The notes under the pieces were generated by a model. That model did not search any database and had not been told where the DNA came from. It saw only the letters and a program-made list of their open reading frames with translations. A stretch of DNA of 63,169 nucleotides, filler included, from Octopus bimaculoides (taxonomy: Eukaryota), in the NCBI RefSeq assembly GCF_001194135.2. It is 4 parts of 4 records of this genome, joined end to end, with 100 filler letters (N's around TTAATTAATTAA, not from the genome) between each part and the next. Parts side by side here need not be neighbours in the genome. Positions count along the whole stretch, not along the records: positions 48,795 to 56,510 come from NC_068986.1; positions 56,611 to 63,169 come from NW_026405392.1; 2 more parts are not named here. One strand, 5' to 3'. The position numbers and the translations under genes are program-made. Position 1 is the first letter of the stretch. Each line of letters starts with the position of its first letter. Positions 49,070 to 63,169 of the stretch are shown piece by piece.

Positions 49070-50979
49070 GTGAGTTCACTGGGTATTAAACCTTCCTCCG
49101 CGACTAAACTAAAATAATAAAATATAACAACATGCTAAGGAACATGTATTATACAATATACCATGTCATATGAATGTGATTTTGGCTATTATTCCTGGTA
49201 GAATAAAATAAGGTGATGAATTCCCTTCGTTGATTCATTTTTAATCGTGTTATATCTGTATGTATATAGTAATTTGTATAATTTCAATGGATACCCATCT
49301 CATTGTTTATACTTAATAATGGACGGCAACCCTTCGAAGTATATCTACGCTACTGCCGCGTTTGCGTTTGTACGCGTGAGTGAAAGAGTGTGTCTGTGTT
49401 TGTGTTTGTGAGTTTATCTCTGTGTACGTGTGTGTGTATGTGTGCGTGTGTACGTGTGTGAGTGAGTGCGTGAGTACGTTTGTATTTCTTAGTACGTACA
49501 ATTATGTATGGCGTTCATTTATTTGTTGTTGTTATGTAGCTTCAGATTAGTCCTGGTCGGTTACATGTATCGTCTGACGCGTCCCAAACGTGCCCACCGC
49601 GTCTTTCTTTCCTGGGATAATATAGCAAGAGTTATCTTAGCCAATATATTTCTATTGCGTGATTTCAGAGATATATAGCAACTATTTCTAGCAGGGCAGG
49701 CAATCGTAGATGTGAACCTCTCTTTTTTTTATCTCATTCAGCGTGCCGCCATGATTGTTGCTGTTATGTATGTCACCGATGCTAATATTGTTTAACTTAA
49801 CTTTGGTGTAGTAAACTTAGGATCAAAGACTTTCTAGAAGTGACCATCCAGTCTTTTATGTATATAATTGACAAAATACATCGTACAGTGTACCACTCCT
49901 TGTTTTATACAATTGTGCGTGACTTAGAGGGATCGAGCTGCTATTTCAAACAAGTCGTGTGACCTATAGAGATTCTTTCGTAGTTTCATCCATATAGTAA
50001 AGAAAGCTGGATAAAACTGCTTAAACTTTCGTTCGCTAATCTAATGTGTCTTGATCTTAATTTCATATTTAATATTTACGAAGATTAACTTTAGTTTCCA
50101 ATGACTTTTGCTAAGTCGATAAACTTTTAACCAATCTGATGTTGGCTCTTTTCGTAACCCTGTTCACTCTTCCATCTATATTTGATCATCCTTGTTTTAT
50201 TCTGTAGTTGTAGTAGTAGTAGTCGTTGTTGTTGTTGTTGTCGTCGTCATCATTGTTGTTGTTGTTGTTGTCGTCGTCATCATTTTTGTTGTTGTTGAGC
50301 CCCGGTTTAATTAAGTGCTCCAAACCCATTATTGCGGTAGCTATGTTTCATTAAACATTATGTATTTAAGTTAAGATTTTCCAATGTGCCTCTCATTTCT
50401 TTTTCTTTTATCCACTAATCACAAATAATTGTAAATCATTTAATTACACATTCTCTTTTTCGTTATTTTAGCTCCTTCTAAAATCAAGAAAAAGGAAAAC
50501 CGAAATGTGTTATTTTTGTATATGAATTGCGTCGGGTTCCTAGTTGTACTGAAAACAAGAGCGAATACGAAGTTACTGAGTAATGCAGTTCTGTTCAACT
50601 ACACAAACACAAAAACAAAAACAAAAAAATTGAGCTGTGGAAGATGGAGCACATTGTGAGGTAAGAAACAGTTATAAAAGTTGTCTAGGTATGGAGTATA
50701 GTGAACGACTTCTTGCCGTCGACAGAATATAGAAGAGAACTCAGACCCACAAAGGATCAATAGTTAGAGAGATGTTGCGTGGTGCAGGATTAGCGAATTT
50801 ATTTTTTGACTTGGGTGTGTTACAATATATGCATTTATTTGGATGTTTGCGCGTACCTGTGGAAATTCCTATGAGCCTTATATGGAAGTATATCTATAGA
50901 GAATTCCTTTCGTATAATGTTAATATTTATTCGTAAATTGTTAGACAACGAGCTAACAAATCGCTATCACGCCGGAAAA

Positions 50980-51345
50980 AAAAATTATTAGTGGCATTTC
51001 TTCAAACTTCACGTTCTTAGTTCAAATTCCGCCGGCATCGACTTTGCCTTTCATCCTTTCGCGGTCGATAAACTAAGTACCAATTGATTACTGGGTGTTT
51101 CCTTCCTTTGGAACTAGGCGCCTTGTGCCAAAATTGAAAACAGATATTTACTCAAAAATATGTCAGCGAGCTGGCTTGATTGCTAGTACGCCGGGTAAAA
51201 AGCTTAGCAGCATTTCTTCCGAAATTACGTTCTGAGTTCCGGCGAGGTCGATTTTTGCCTTTCATCCTTTCAGGGTCGATAAAATAAATACCAGTCGACT
51301 TACCCCTCCCCGAAATTGCAGGCTTTGTGCCAAAATTTCGAACGA
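50980..51345 (+). mobile_element. Two tandem SINE family 1 copies
   Basis: agttcaaattccgcc...gactttgcctttcatcctttc...gccttgtgccaaa occurs twice. Confidence 0.85.
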
Positions 51346-51774
51346 TTATTTAATCGTAAATTATATATTTTTTTCATCTAGCTGCAGTGTTGACAATCAA
51401 CATTGTTGATGCAATCTAGTTTATGTGAAGAACATGTTGCCTTTCTAAATGGAAATTTTAAAAGTTCCACGATTATGCTAGTGTTCTACTTCATTTGACA
51501 ATTTACCTTGCTATACATGACACTTATTAATAAATGGATATCACATATCCATTACAATTTCTATTTCGACATGGTGCAGTACAGTAAAAACAGTTACTCG
51601 TAGCTTAAGTAAACACATAGATAGGAAGATGCTTATTATAAAAAAAAAAAACTACCTCTAACAATAAACTTACAGTTCGCACAAGACTGTTTCTCAGTCA
51701 TGTTATACAAAAGAGAGAAAAAGTAAAGAAAAACGGTAAGAAGAAATACATACATATATACGTACATACATACA

Positions 51775-51808
<34 letters not shown>

Positions 51809-54553
51809 CATATAGGCATACATACATTCATACATGCATACATACATACATACATATATATGTATGTTTATATATANNNNNNNNNNNNNNNNNNNNNNNN
51901 NNNNNNNNNNNNNNNNNNNNNNNNNNNNNNNNNNNNNNNNNNNNNNNNNNNNNNNNNNNNNNNNNNNNNNNNNNNNNNNNNNNNNNNNNNNNNNNNNNNN
52001 NNNNNNNNNNNNNNNNNNNNNNNNNNNNNNNNNNNNNNNNNNNNNNNNNNNNNNNNNNNNNNNNNNNNNNNNNNNNNNNNNNNNNNNNNNNNNNNNNNNN
52101 NNNNNNNNNNNNNNNNNNNNNNNNNNNNNNNNNNNNNNNNNNNNNNNNNNNNNNNNNNNNNNNNNNNNNNNNNNNNNNNNNNNNNNNNNNNNNNNNNNNN
52201 NNNNNNATATAACGTTCTTTTAAATAAACTTGTCTTAGTGTGAATTTGAAATTAACATTCTCTGATTTCAACAGGTTTCAAAGAAATGAGAAAATAAAGA
52301 ATTTTCCATTGGCACATGAGCAGCACAATCCAGATCCCCCAGAATATCTCTTTCAAATTTCACCACTGATAACAGTAGTTTAAATTCTAAGAGAAAAATG
52401 CACAAGGAGAATTGTGGTGTCTTTTCTTCAAGCAATTTAAAGAATATGTGTGTTCTGCATATTTGCTTTTAAAAGTAAGTTTTGTTAAGCTTACGGAAAT
52501 TCTTTCCATTTAGTAATCCGAGTTCAGCTTAGCGCAGTATATCTTGCTGAGGCCTTTGTTATGAAGTAGACATGAAATGACGCTGATATGATTACATCGG
52601 GGTTGGTTATATGTTAGAACCGTGATACAGTAATATTTTATACCGATACTGAAAGTAAGTTTTTTATGGAGAAATCTAGGTAGTTTGTGGGGGTATACTT
52701 GTTAAGTATTTTGTGATATCTGTGGTCAGGTGGGAAGTATCACCGTAACAGACTTAAGAATAATATATATATATATTCGACTCCGCACACAGGCTGAAAT
52801 TAAACTGTTAATCCGTATATGTCTCTGTGTGTCTCTGTGTGTGTGTCTCTGTGTGTGCCCCTGTGTGTGTGTGGGTGGGTGCGTGCGTGCGTAAGTATGT
52901 GTGTGTTGACATTGTTAGTGATATAAAAATCTGCATTACACAAGGTAGATATTGGGGTTGGAAAAAAACCTGATATTGGATAACACTAGAGAAAAGTAGG
53001 GAAAAAAATAGACCGTATGTGAAGAGAAGAAAGAAAGCAGTATCATATCAATGGTTAATGTATGGTTCTACTGAGTTTGAGGCGGGAGTGAATGGGTTTC
53101 ATAACCTAAAGAAGTAAAACTGCGGAATAAATGGATGAGCCCGAGGGTATTTCCGTATTGGCTGAGTGGAAATTGCAATGAGCTCCGTCGCCATGCTGTG
53201 ATAAGGAGGTCCCTCCAAGATATTACTATCCTACAAGAGGCTAAAGACAGGCAGTTTTACCACAAAAAAAAAAATCGTTAACGAAATAGTTTTGATGACT
53301 TCCCGAAAGTGATAGTGAAAGTACATAATTACACACATAAACAACCATATATTTATGCACATATGTACTCAATCTTATGAACGCTACAGAATAGAAACAG
53401 ACAGAAGCTCATACATACAAGACGCCACACACAAATTTATGTATATATGTATATGTATATATATATATAGGTTATTTATATATATATATATATGTATNNN
53501 NNNNNNNNNNNNNNNNNNNNNNNNNNNNNNNNNNNNNNNNNNNNNNNNNNNNNNNNNNNNNNNNNNNNNNNNNNNNNNNNNNNNNNNNNNNNNNNNNNNN
53601 NNNNNNNNNNNNNNNNNNNNNNNNNNNNNNNNNNNNNNNNNNNNNNNNNNNNNNNNNNNNNNNNNNNNNNNNNNNNNNNNNNNNNNNNNNNNNNNNNNNN
53701 NNNNNNNNNNNNNNNNNNNNNNNNNNNNNNNNNNNNNNNNNNNNNNNNNNNNNNNNNNNNNNNNNNNNNNNNNNNNNNNNNNNNNNNNNNNNNNNNNNNN
53801 NNNNNNNNNNNNNNNNNNNNNNNNNNNNNNNNNNNNNNNNNNNNNNNNNNNNNNNNNNNNNNNNNNNNNNNNNNNNNNNNNNNNNNNNNNNNNNNNNNNN
53901 NNNNNNNNNNNNNNNNNNNNNNNNNNNNNNNNNNNNNNNNNNNNNNNNNNNNNNNNNNNNNNNNNNNNNNNNNNNNNNNNNNNNNNNNNNNNNNNNNNNN
54001 NNNNNNNNNNNNNNNNNNNNNNNNNNNNNNNNNNNNNNNNNNNNNNNNNNNNNNNNNNNNNNNNNNNNNNNNNNNNNNNNNNNNNNNNNNNNNNNNNNNN
54101 NNNNNNNNNNNNNNNNNNNNNNNNNNNNNNNNNNNNNNNNNNNNNNNNNNNNNNNNNNNNTGTGTAAAAGAAAATACAGAAAGAATCGCTGAATTATGAT
54201 TTCATTGAACATATTCCTCTCTCAGATTCACACAATTATTGCAGTGGTCCTCCGGTATATCTAAGCCGTGGAAAAGTACTCCTAAGGATGGGCCTCCAGC
54301 CAGGCCTTTCGCGACACTTAAATTCAGGAACTTTTCCAGTACCCATATCTCACAAACTTATATATATATAATGTTATCTTATATACTAGCAAGTACATAT
54401 ACGTAAAAATACACCTAATATTTATTAAATTAAGCACCAATTTGACCCCCCCCCCACCAATTTTGGTATTCGTAAATCCTTGCATATTCCGTGCTTATAT
54501 TTTCACATTGATACATGATTGCATAATGAAAGACTTATCTCAGTATACAAACT

Positions 54554-54597
54554 ATCCTCTGAGCATCCTCTGAGCATCCTCTGAGTATCCTCTGAAT
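54554..54597. repeat. 11-bp minisatellite x4
   Basis: atcctctgagc in tandem. Confidence 0.9.
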
Positions 54598-54652
54598 ATT
54601 GTTATATTAGAAAATGCCTTATACCTATGTGTGTGCGTGTGTGCGTGTGTGC

Positions 54653-54684
<32 letters not shown>

Positions 54685-54778
54685 ATGTATGGAATACATT
54701 ATTGGTTGATTTCACCATCATCGAACATCATATATACATATATGTATGTTTAAGGATTTCATAATGAGATAAAAAACC

Positions 54779-54817
<39 letters not shown>

Positions 54818-56095
54818 TTGTTGACATGCATAGAATGTACCACCCTCAGGCAGTAACAGAACGACTTTACCTGCCAAGAAAGGTGGGTGGTCGTTGACTT
54901 TTACAACTGGAATTACCAATGTAGATTGCCATAATTAGCCTAAACACCTACCTGAAAGACTCTGATGGCTAGATGTTAAAACAAGAAAGCATCATACTCA
55001 GTAACAAAACAAGCAAAGGAATATCTAAATGAATCCCAAATACAACAAATTCGAAAATTAGACGTACTGGAAACAAGTACAGAAAAAGCTAACCGTATGA
55101 AAACCCGCGCTAAAACTACTGCCTTAGATATTCTTACTGATAAATGGCAAGAAAACCTTCTCAATGGTAAATACCCAAAGAGAGAGAATAATGCCGATGT
55201 TGACAAAGCCCTTACCCATTAGTGGTTAGTGCCTTCTGGCATAAAATCAGAAACAGAAGGCTTTATCATAGCAGCCCAAGATCACTGCCTACCTACAAGA
55301 GACTGCCAGGGCAACATATTAAAGAACGGCAGTAGCCCAATATGACGTGTATGTAAACAACAAAATGAAACCATTGATCATGTTATCTCCATGTACAGTC
55401 TTCTTGTGCCTATAGAGTATCTCAACAGGCATGATAGAGCAGCACAATATATTCACTGGGTAAGTTGCCAAAAGCTGGACCTGCCCCATAATTATGACTA
55501 GTGGGAACACAAACCACTTCTAGTGTTTGAAAATGATCATATGTCGCTCCTTTGGAAATTCACTATACAAACTGACAGAAAGATAGATGTGAATAGGCCA
55601 GGCGTTATATTCAAGGACTTCAGGCAAAAATCATGCCTCATCTTCGATACGACTGTCCCAATCGACATAAATGTATCTGTCAAGACCTATCAAAAACTGA
55701 GCAAGTATAAAGATCTTGAAATAGAAATTGGCAAAATTTGGAACTCCAAGACTAAAACAATACTTGTTGTCATAGGTGCCCTATGAATGATAGTAAAAAT
55801 TGCTGATTTCTACCTAGCTCGCATACTAGGAAACCCCAAAATGGCAGAAATTCAAAAGATAGTGCTCATGGGAACTGCCCATATCCTACGTAAGATACTT
55901 TCTATGCAATCTCAAACTTTAAAGCAACCTCATAGTTTTCTCATGTTTTCTTAAGCATTCTCTAGAGCATTACAATGTGCATAACCAAATATATGACACC
56001 CTATGCATAACACCAACATGAGCATCTAACTTGTCTCTTGACGTCTCTGGGTGAGACTTGGAGTCAACTTGTACAAATACAAAGCAAAGTCAAAC

Positions 56096-56099
<4 letters not shown>
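54818..56099 (+). mobile_element. R4/Dong-like family B 3' half flanked by (AAT)n
   Basis: ERLYLPRKVGGR, SETEGFIIAAQD, NETIDHVIS, TDRKIDVNRPGVI, KLSKYKDLEIEI, LMGTAHILRKIL. Confidence 0.92.
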
Positions 56100-56177
<78 letters not shown>

Positions 56178-56610
56178 CATAGACTACACCGGGGAAGTTT
56201 CTTATCCAAAAACATCGGAAATAAAGACATCGCATGGAGCCAAAAAATAGCTGACAAAGGGTTGCACTATATCCGAGTAAGTAATACTCATTGAAATTTA
56301 TTTCTATTTTTCCAAATATAATGATGTATTTTAACTTGATACCTCCACTACCGGCACAGCGATTGTAAACACACGTGTTACATCAAAACCAGACCATCTT
56401 CGAACCCAAAAACACCATGTACAAAAACAGATTAAATAACACCGGTATTATTCCACCCAAGAATAACAACCGAGAAGTGCGTACTGTAAGCTTGTTACGA
56501 AAAACGTACGNNNNNNNNNNNNNNNNNNNNNNNNNNNNNNNNNNNNNNNNNNNNTTAATTAATTAANNNNNNNNNNNNNNNNNNNNNNNNNNNNNNNNNN
56601 NNNNNNNNNN

Positions 56611-56652
<42 letters not shown>

Positions 56653-57316
56653 ATGCTTTTGGTAGTGTAGAGAATAGTATATTAATAATAGGGTTAATCA
56701 GAAGAAATAAAGGAATTGTTCCTTACTTTAACAGGCACCACCTTTTGGATGGTTACAAGGACTAAAAACTTACCAAATAAAATAGAAGTTAGTATATCAC
56801 CAGTTATATTTTTTGATCACTGATAAATGTCCTATTCATAACCAAATACAAACAGATTTTTCTATTTTTTTTTTAATGTGTTTATAAATTGTGCTGTAAC
56901 TGGTTTTAATACTTTATTTTGAAGAAAAATCACAACCCTTCAAGCATCATCCACAGGGTCTCCTTTGGACCCCACAACACACACAAGGGATGGGACCTAG
57001 TATTCAGTTTAAAACCACTGCTTCACAGGCTGATACTGACAATAGACAGTAATTTCAGTGACATGAAGGGAAATGATGTTTCAATTCAACTATGACTTGA
57101 GTTTGCTGCCAACCGACAGAGAGATATCTGTATTCAGATAATCCTCTATTTCCCCATCTATTATTTGAAAAATGAAAAGCTAAGATGATTTCTATTGCCT
57201 GACTTATAACATCTATTATTTTCTACTTAAGTAATTAAAGAATACATGATTCAAAATAAGAATGAATATGTTCAATATATGTAGATGAGCAAACAAATAA
57301 TATACACCCAATAATA

Positions 57317-57703
57317 TTGTTGTTGTTGGCACTCCGTTGCTTACGACGTCGAGGGTTCCAGTTGATCCAATCAAAGGAACAGCCTGCTCGTGAAATTAAC
57401 GTGCAAGTGGCTGAGCACTCCACAGACACGTGTAGCCTTAACATAGTTCTTGGGGATATTCAGTGTGACACAGTGTGACAAGGCTGACCCTTTGAATTAC
57501 AGGCACAACAGAAACAGGAAGTAAGAGTGAGAGAAAGTTGTGGTGGAAGAGTACAGCAGGGTTCGCCACCATCCCCTGCCAGAGCCTCGTGGAGCTTTAG
57601 GTGTTTTCGCTCAATAAACACTCACAACGCCCATCTGGGAATCAAAACCGCGATCCTATGACCACGAGTCCGCTGCCCTAACCACTGGGCCATTGCACTT
57701 CCA
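57317..57703 (-). mobile_element. Full-length tRNA-derived SINE family 2 with (CAA)n tail
   Basis: Box A/B head; the 3' end reads ggagtgccaacaacaa, a tail type I associate with RTE-partnered SINEs. Confidence 0.9.
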
Positions 57704-58065
57704 TGCCTAATAATATACAAACAAATATACATACAAATACACACACAAAACACACACACACACAGCAATCTCAATGTCTAAATCAGTTGTGTTTCTAGAT
57801 ATGCCAAGTCTGTAAAAATATATACTAAAAAAATTATAGATAGCTGGAATATCTTTGATGATCAAGGTTTGCTCTATCTGAACTGACTTAGTGCTAAGCA
57901 ACAGCAGTGTAAAAAAACTAGGAAAACAAGACCATTAAGAGCTGTGTTAATGCCCATGGATAGCATAAGGTGCAACAGGAGTAATAAGATATAAACGCTA
58001 AACTCATTAGTTAGCAGACACCCTAATGATTCAGCTGACAGGAACTACTGCATAAATTCATACAA

Positions 58066-58230
58066 GTAGAGATGGTTGAGACTGAAGAATGGTGGAGTGG
58101 ATAGTATGTCTAGTTAAATATAGTAGAGATGGCTTAAAAAGAACAATAGTAAAATGGATGATACGTCCAGTTAATTATGGTAGAATGGTTGAGACTGAAG
58201 CATGATAAATGGATGTTATGCCCAACTGGA
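58066..58230. repeat. Degenerate 57-bp minisatellite x3
   Basis: gtaga(g)atgg recurs at 58066, 58123 and 58180. Confidence 0.7.
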
Positions 58231-58865
58231 CAGTGTTTTAAATTCATATCTTAACGAAAGTTTTCTAATTATTACTTATGAAATTAAGGTGTGGAAGAGC
58301 TTAGTGGAAGGTAGAAACGAACGATGCCAAGTGAAATGTCTGTAGGAATGTAGAGAAAAAGAGCTTAAATCCTCCCAGAGTCAGCTTGGGTGTTCATCTT
58401 TACAGGATTGTCAAAGTATCAATAATATATTGATAATGGGTTAAATTCAATCACATATATTCTTTCTCTACAACACATGGCATTTTGTAAGCAACAGTAG
58501 ATTTTGGAGTGAAGTGCAAAATAAGGAATTCTGCCGAAAACAGCTAAAGTGGGTTTATGAGGAGTTGTGCCCCACCATCCTTATATATCATCAGAATGTC
58601 CAACAGTAGAATGGAGAAAACAAGTCCTTGAACATTCTATACTTCCAGAAGAGAACCAAGATGGCTGGAATCTCCACTGGAAGATTTATCTTAGAACAAT
58701 TAGAATTAGAATTTTTTAAAAAATGACAAAAAAAACTACAGTAGAGTGGCACTAATTTCAACCATTTAAATGTTTTAAAATCAAACCTTGACTTAGCAAG
58801 AATTTGTCCTTCTTCCATCCAAAATAAAGCCAGAATATATTGAAATCCATTGCATCAAATATATA

Positions 58866-59275
58866 CCTCTTCCCTATTCTTTTATATGTTTCAGTCATTT
58901 AACTGTGGCCATGCTAGAGCACCACCTTAAAGGGTTTTAGTCTAAGAAATCGACCCAAGTACTTATTGTTTGTAAGCCTAGTACTTATTCTATCGGTCTC
59001 TTTTGTCAAACCACTAAGTTATGGGGACATAAACACATCAACATTGGTTGTCAAGAGATGGTGGATGGACAAACACAGACACAAAAAAAGACACCTGCAT
59101 AAATATATATGACAGGCTTCTTTCAGTTTCCATCTACCAAATCTACTCACAAAGTTTTGGTCAGCCCGAGGCTAGAGTAGAAGACACTTGCCCAAGGTGT
59201 CATGCAGTGGGACTGAACTCAGAACCATGTGGTTGGGAAGCAAGCTGCTTACCATACAGCCATGCCTGCACCTAT
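58866..59275 (-). mobile_element. Near full-length SINE family 3 (tRNA head, CORE-like ccttgggcaagtgtctt box, tail)
   Basis: gcaggcatggctgtatggtaagcagcttgcttccc...gagttcagtcccactg...atgactgaaacatataaaagaata. Confidence 0.88.
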
Positions 59276-60774
59276 GCCGATTTGTCTTTTGCATTTAGCT
59301 AAAGAGCTGTGAGAGGTTATATTCCTCAAAGAAAATATTTTTATATATAATTTTTTTTTATTTTCCTTCTGTAATATCTCTTCTCACTAATTCTCTCCTT
59401 CCCTCTCTTTCTCTCTAGAACATTCTAGAATTTATGCTATAAATTCCCCATTGTCTTGTATTCATTTCAACTTTCAATAATGTCAACAGCAAGCTATTAT
59501 TTTGGTCCTCTCCATCTTAATTCCTCTTTACTTTCTGATTTTTCTAATTATGCCGATCAAGTCAGAAAATCCATCTCCATCATTCTGAGTCACTTAAAAA
59601 CCACTTTTCATTCTGCCAGTTGCAGAAGAATTCTCCATTAAGTTAGTTACAGCCTTTATATGGAATTTGTTCCATTAACAAGAATTCGTGAATATAAATG
59701 AAAGCTATGCTATTAGAAAAAACAGTAAAGACAGGGAAAAAAATGTAAAAAATAAAAAAGATTAAGCGTGGAGGAGGTACAACAGGAAAAAATAAAACAA
59801 GTGTAATATGATAGCATAATTGGAGAATAAAGAAAGGATTGTGTTCTGTATTTTTGATTCATATGCATTTTTTTAAAGATGCATCAGGCTTAGTAGATAT
59901 ATTTAGACCATCAGCTGGCTCTAAGTCAACACCATGCATTAGACCAGTGTTAGACCATCAACAGACTGAGTTGACAGCATATGAGACCATCAGCCAGCTG
60001 ATCCGACACAATGTGAGACTAGAAAACTAAGTGTTTACTGTTTCATATCTAGTTGTCTTTACAGTGACATATCTTTAACCCAAAGCAATTCTCTATGACT
60101 CAGTCTCCCTAGCTGTAAATGTAAACCACTAACAGGAAGAGATTTTTCTTTATTGTCAGGAGTATGAAAAGCAGAACTTGCACAAAATTGTTTATTTTAG
60201 ATACAACATTGAAACAGTAGTCTTGATAGTAATTGCCCACTATAATAGCTCTGGCCTCATGAAGAGTACTGCCAGAATATCATACCTCTTCTCACAGCAT
60301 ACTACCTTAATCCACTGTATAGCCAAACAGACAACTAGGCAATAAATATTCTTCACTAAGGGTACAATATAAAGGTCTTTAGCAAGATAGCAGGGCTGTG
60401 CTATTATAGGGCAGGATCTTCAGATTACAGATTCAGTCCGATTGATGGACTCTTGCAGAATTTCCATCTTCCTTGTTTTACCAACTTGACAGGAACCCCA
60501 AATTATCATTAAAAACACTTACCCAACATGCCACACAGTAGAATCAACCATGAAACCTTACAACTGAGAGGCAGACTTCTTCACCACTGAGCTTTCTGTC
60601 TTACATTATGGAAGTTTTAAACTATTAGTGATGCACATCAGCCCTATGGTCATATCTACAGTTTTATATTAAACTCACAATCGGTAACCCAAAGCCTAGT
60701 AATGTAGCTACTATGAGGGTGTTGTATTAGATGAGAACAGATGACTGAAAACCATTTTTAATCTATTTTCAAGT

Positions 60775-60985
60775 GAAAGGTGGCAAGCTGCTAGAATTAT
60801 TAGTATGCCAAGCAAAATGCTTAGCAACATTTCGTCTGTCTTTACATTGTGAGTTCTAATTCCACCAAGCCTGACTTTGCCCTTCATCTTTTCGGGGTCA
60901 AGAAAATAAGTACAAATTGAACCCTGGGTTCAATGTAATCAACTTAGCCCTCAAACCTAGCCTTGTGCCAAAATTTGAAACCAAT
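60775..60985 (+). mobile_element. SINE family 1 copy, diverged
   Basis: ggtggcaagctgctagaatt...gagttctaattcc...gccttgtgccaaa. Confidence 0.8.
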
Positions 60986-61150
60986 TCACTTTCATTAGGA
61001 AAACGAAGAGCTAAAGCTGATTATTGATTATTAATTAATGATAAAACTTCAATATTAATGGCTCTGAACAAAAAACATGTTTGCTAAATAATAACCACTT
61101 TATAAGGCAATTAGATCATGATGTATATCTTTATATACATAAATATTTAT

Positions 61151-61207
<57 letters not shown>

Positions 61208-61974
61208 CATGCATATTCCTTTTCCCCCAACACATCTTGGTTCTCTGTCTTCATACATTCTGACACTTATGCTCTTGCTACTTTTCAGCAACACATCCTG
61301 GTTCTGTCTTTGTCATCATTATCTCCTGGGTTACATTGCTTATTATCACTTCATCCCCTTGCTTACATTACCTTGACTGTATACATTTCAGAATACTATC
61401 CTGAACACTTATCCTCTTAGAACTTCTCACTACTATTCATGCCTCTATCTGTCTTATACCTTATCTTTTTCATTCTGATTGGTGAGCAAGGAGACGGAGT
61501 CAAGAGGTCCCTTTGGTCTTAAGTACAATGAAAGCACCCAGTACTCTTTAGAAAGTGACTGGAAAGAAAGACACCAAGCTGTAGAGACCAAGCTAAAAAA
61601 TGTGCTAACTCAAAACCACATTTTTTCATTTTCTTAGTGTGTATGGGGAGAAACAATAAATAAATAGCAGATAAGTAGTGGGTGGATATAACTAACAAGA
61701 CATAACCCAAACAATGTGTGGCCTTGTGCCCATGTTAGAAACCCTCATGGTTAAGATGTATAGTGCAGAATTAAATTCAACATCCCTTGAGGATAAATTT
61801 TATATACATGTACATACATGTGTACACATACATGCTCAAACATACACATAGATGTAAATATATATGGACAAAGCTAATTAGGTTAGTTAAATCAGGTAGC
61901 CAAGATGTGGCCTTGTGCCAGTACATGAAATCATTACTATCATCAATAAAAACTGATCAATAAAAGATTTTTAA

Positions 61975-62410
61975 AAAATCAACTTTGTTTTTCATCCTTC
62001 TGGGTTCAATAAAATAAAGTACCAGCCAAGTACTGAGATCAATAGCAATGTGTCAGGGTATTTTTCTCAACTCTTTATGTTCTAAGTTGAAATCTCACGA
62101 ATGTCAACTCCCTCTGGAGTTGATAAAGAACCAATCATGTGCTGAGGTTGATTTAACTAACCTATCTCCTCAAACCTGCTGACCTTGTACCCAAATCAGA
62201 AACATTACTATTAGAGTGTTGGATTTGGTAGAATCATTAGGGCATTAAGCAAAATGATTTTTTTTTTTCCAGTTCATTACATTCTGGGTTCAAATCCCAC
62301 CAATCAACTTTGACTTTCATCCTTTCAAGGTCGATAAAATACCAGTAAAGTATTGGAACTGATGTAATCGGCAAATCTCTCCTGCAAACATTGCTAACCA
62401 TATTCCAAAA
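61975..62410 (+). mobile_element. Cluster of 2-3 diverged SINE family 1 copies
   Basis: Repeated actttg..tttcatcct...ataaaat..agtacc central boxes. Confidence 0.7.
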
Positions 62411-63169
62411 TTTTTTTTTAATGGATCTGTTATTGTTGATTATAGTTAAGATAAAATTATTGTTGTTGATTATAGTAAGATAAAATTATAATTTTAATTT
62501 CTACAATCTGAGTTTAAATCCTGGATTAACTTTTCCGTTCATGTTTTCAACATTGATAAATCAAGAGAAGTTCTTTAGCTTTAGCTTGATTAAGCTGGTC
62601 TTTGATCAAAGATATTCCAGCTGAAACCATCCAATCATACTTTCAGACATGGTATATCTAGAATCACATTATCCACAATGACCTGTCTTGTTTAAAATGG
62701 GTGTGATTTAAGGGATATTTGGCTGCTATAATTACTAGGCCAAGCAACCATAAAGCCTCTATCTTCGACTCAAATTAGGTCCAGTAATATGATAGTGTTG
62801 ATTCAATTTACTACATACTTTCCATTGAAAGCTTCTGACCATGAATCATTTAAAGAGATATTTTACAAAAATACACATAGATATCAGGAATATTTCTCTA
62901 CAATCAAATAATTTTCAACTAATAATTTAATTCATCTGCAATCTCAGTTATTTAGAACACAAATTTATAATGTCTAAAGTAAATATGTAAGCTAAAGTAG
63001 TTGAGAAACTTTATGTAGCTTCAGAAAAAACACTTTTACAATTCATTAAAAAAATTCCCAGCCAAATTTTAAAATATCTAAAATCAAGCTGAGAATCCCC
63101 ACCACATGCGCACCCAAATATCCAAAACTGCATGCAAATAAGAATGCCATTGGGCTAACTACCAGAGCC

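Noticed and set aside
56181-56277. Segment LHRGSFLSKNIGNKDIAWSQKIADKGLHYIR ending at a perfect GTAAGT donor
   Set aside because: The acceptor is only a purine-rich (AAT)n tract, and I recognise no family.
58500-58730. Protein-like frames (FWSEVQNKEFCRKQLKW..., PTVEWRKQVLEH...)
   Set aside because: Short, frameshifted, no usable splice donor and no diagnostic motif.
59880-60030. Possible terminal exon (DASGLVDIFRPSAG...RLEN-stop)
   Set aside because: It overlaps a degenerate agaccatcag repeat, and similar splice-like signals exist on both strands.

Overview
AT-rich eukaryotic (animal) draft-assembly DNA, dense in microsatellites and broken by 17 N-gap blocks. The SINE families and repeat landscape match what I remember of octopus (Octopus bimaculoides-like) DNA; this is an inference, not a database result. 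I cannot confidently identify a host protein-coding gene, rRNA, true tRNA gene or CRISPR array. Nearly all ORFs in the track come from microsatellites or N runs. The recognisable content is mostly decayed transposable elements: about 15 fragments of R4/Dong-like non-LTR retrotransposons (RT plus restriction-like endonuclease) from at least six 3'-UTR families, 12 of which end directly in (AAT)n; three Tx1/L1-type LINE derivatives; several Penelope-like (GIY-YIG) remnants with hammerhead-like motifs; a Gypsy integrase remnant; a CR1-like fragment; three or four tRNA-derived SINE families, often head-to-tail; a Mutator-like foldback MITE with a 9-bp TSD; and a 134-bp near-perfect palindrome. The best lead for something undescribed is a ~2.4-kb Tx1-derived element (42413-44843) that seems to encode only ORF1 (HAL1-like) and shares a 3' tail motif with a neighbouring Tx1 LINE. 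A few splice-bounded candidate exons are listed at low confidence. Most element boundaries are approximate.
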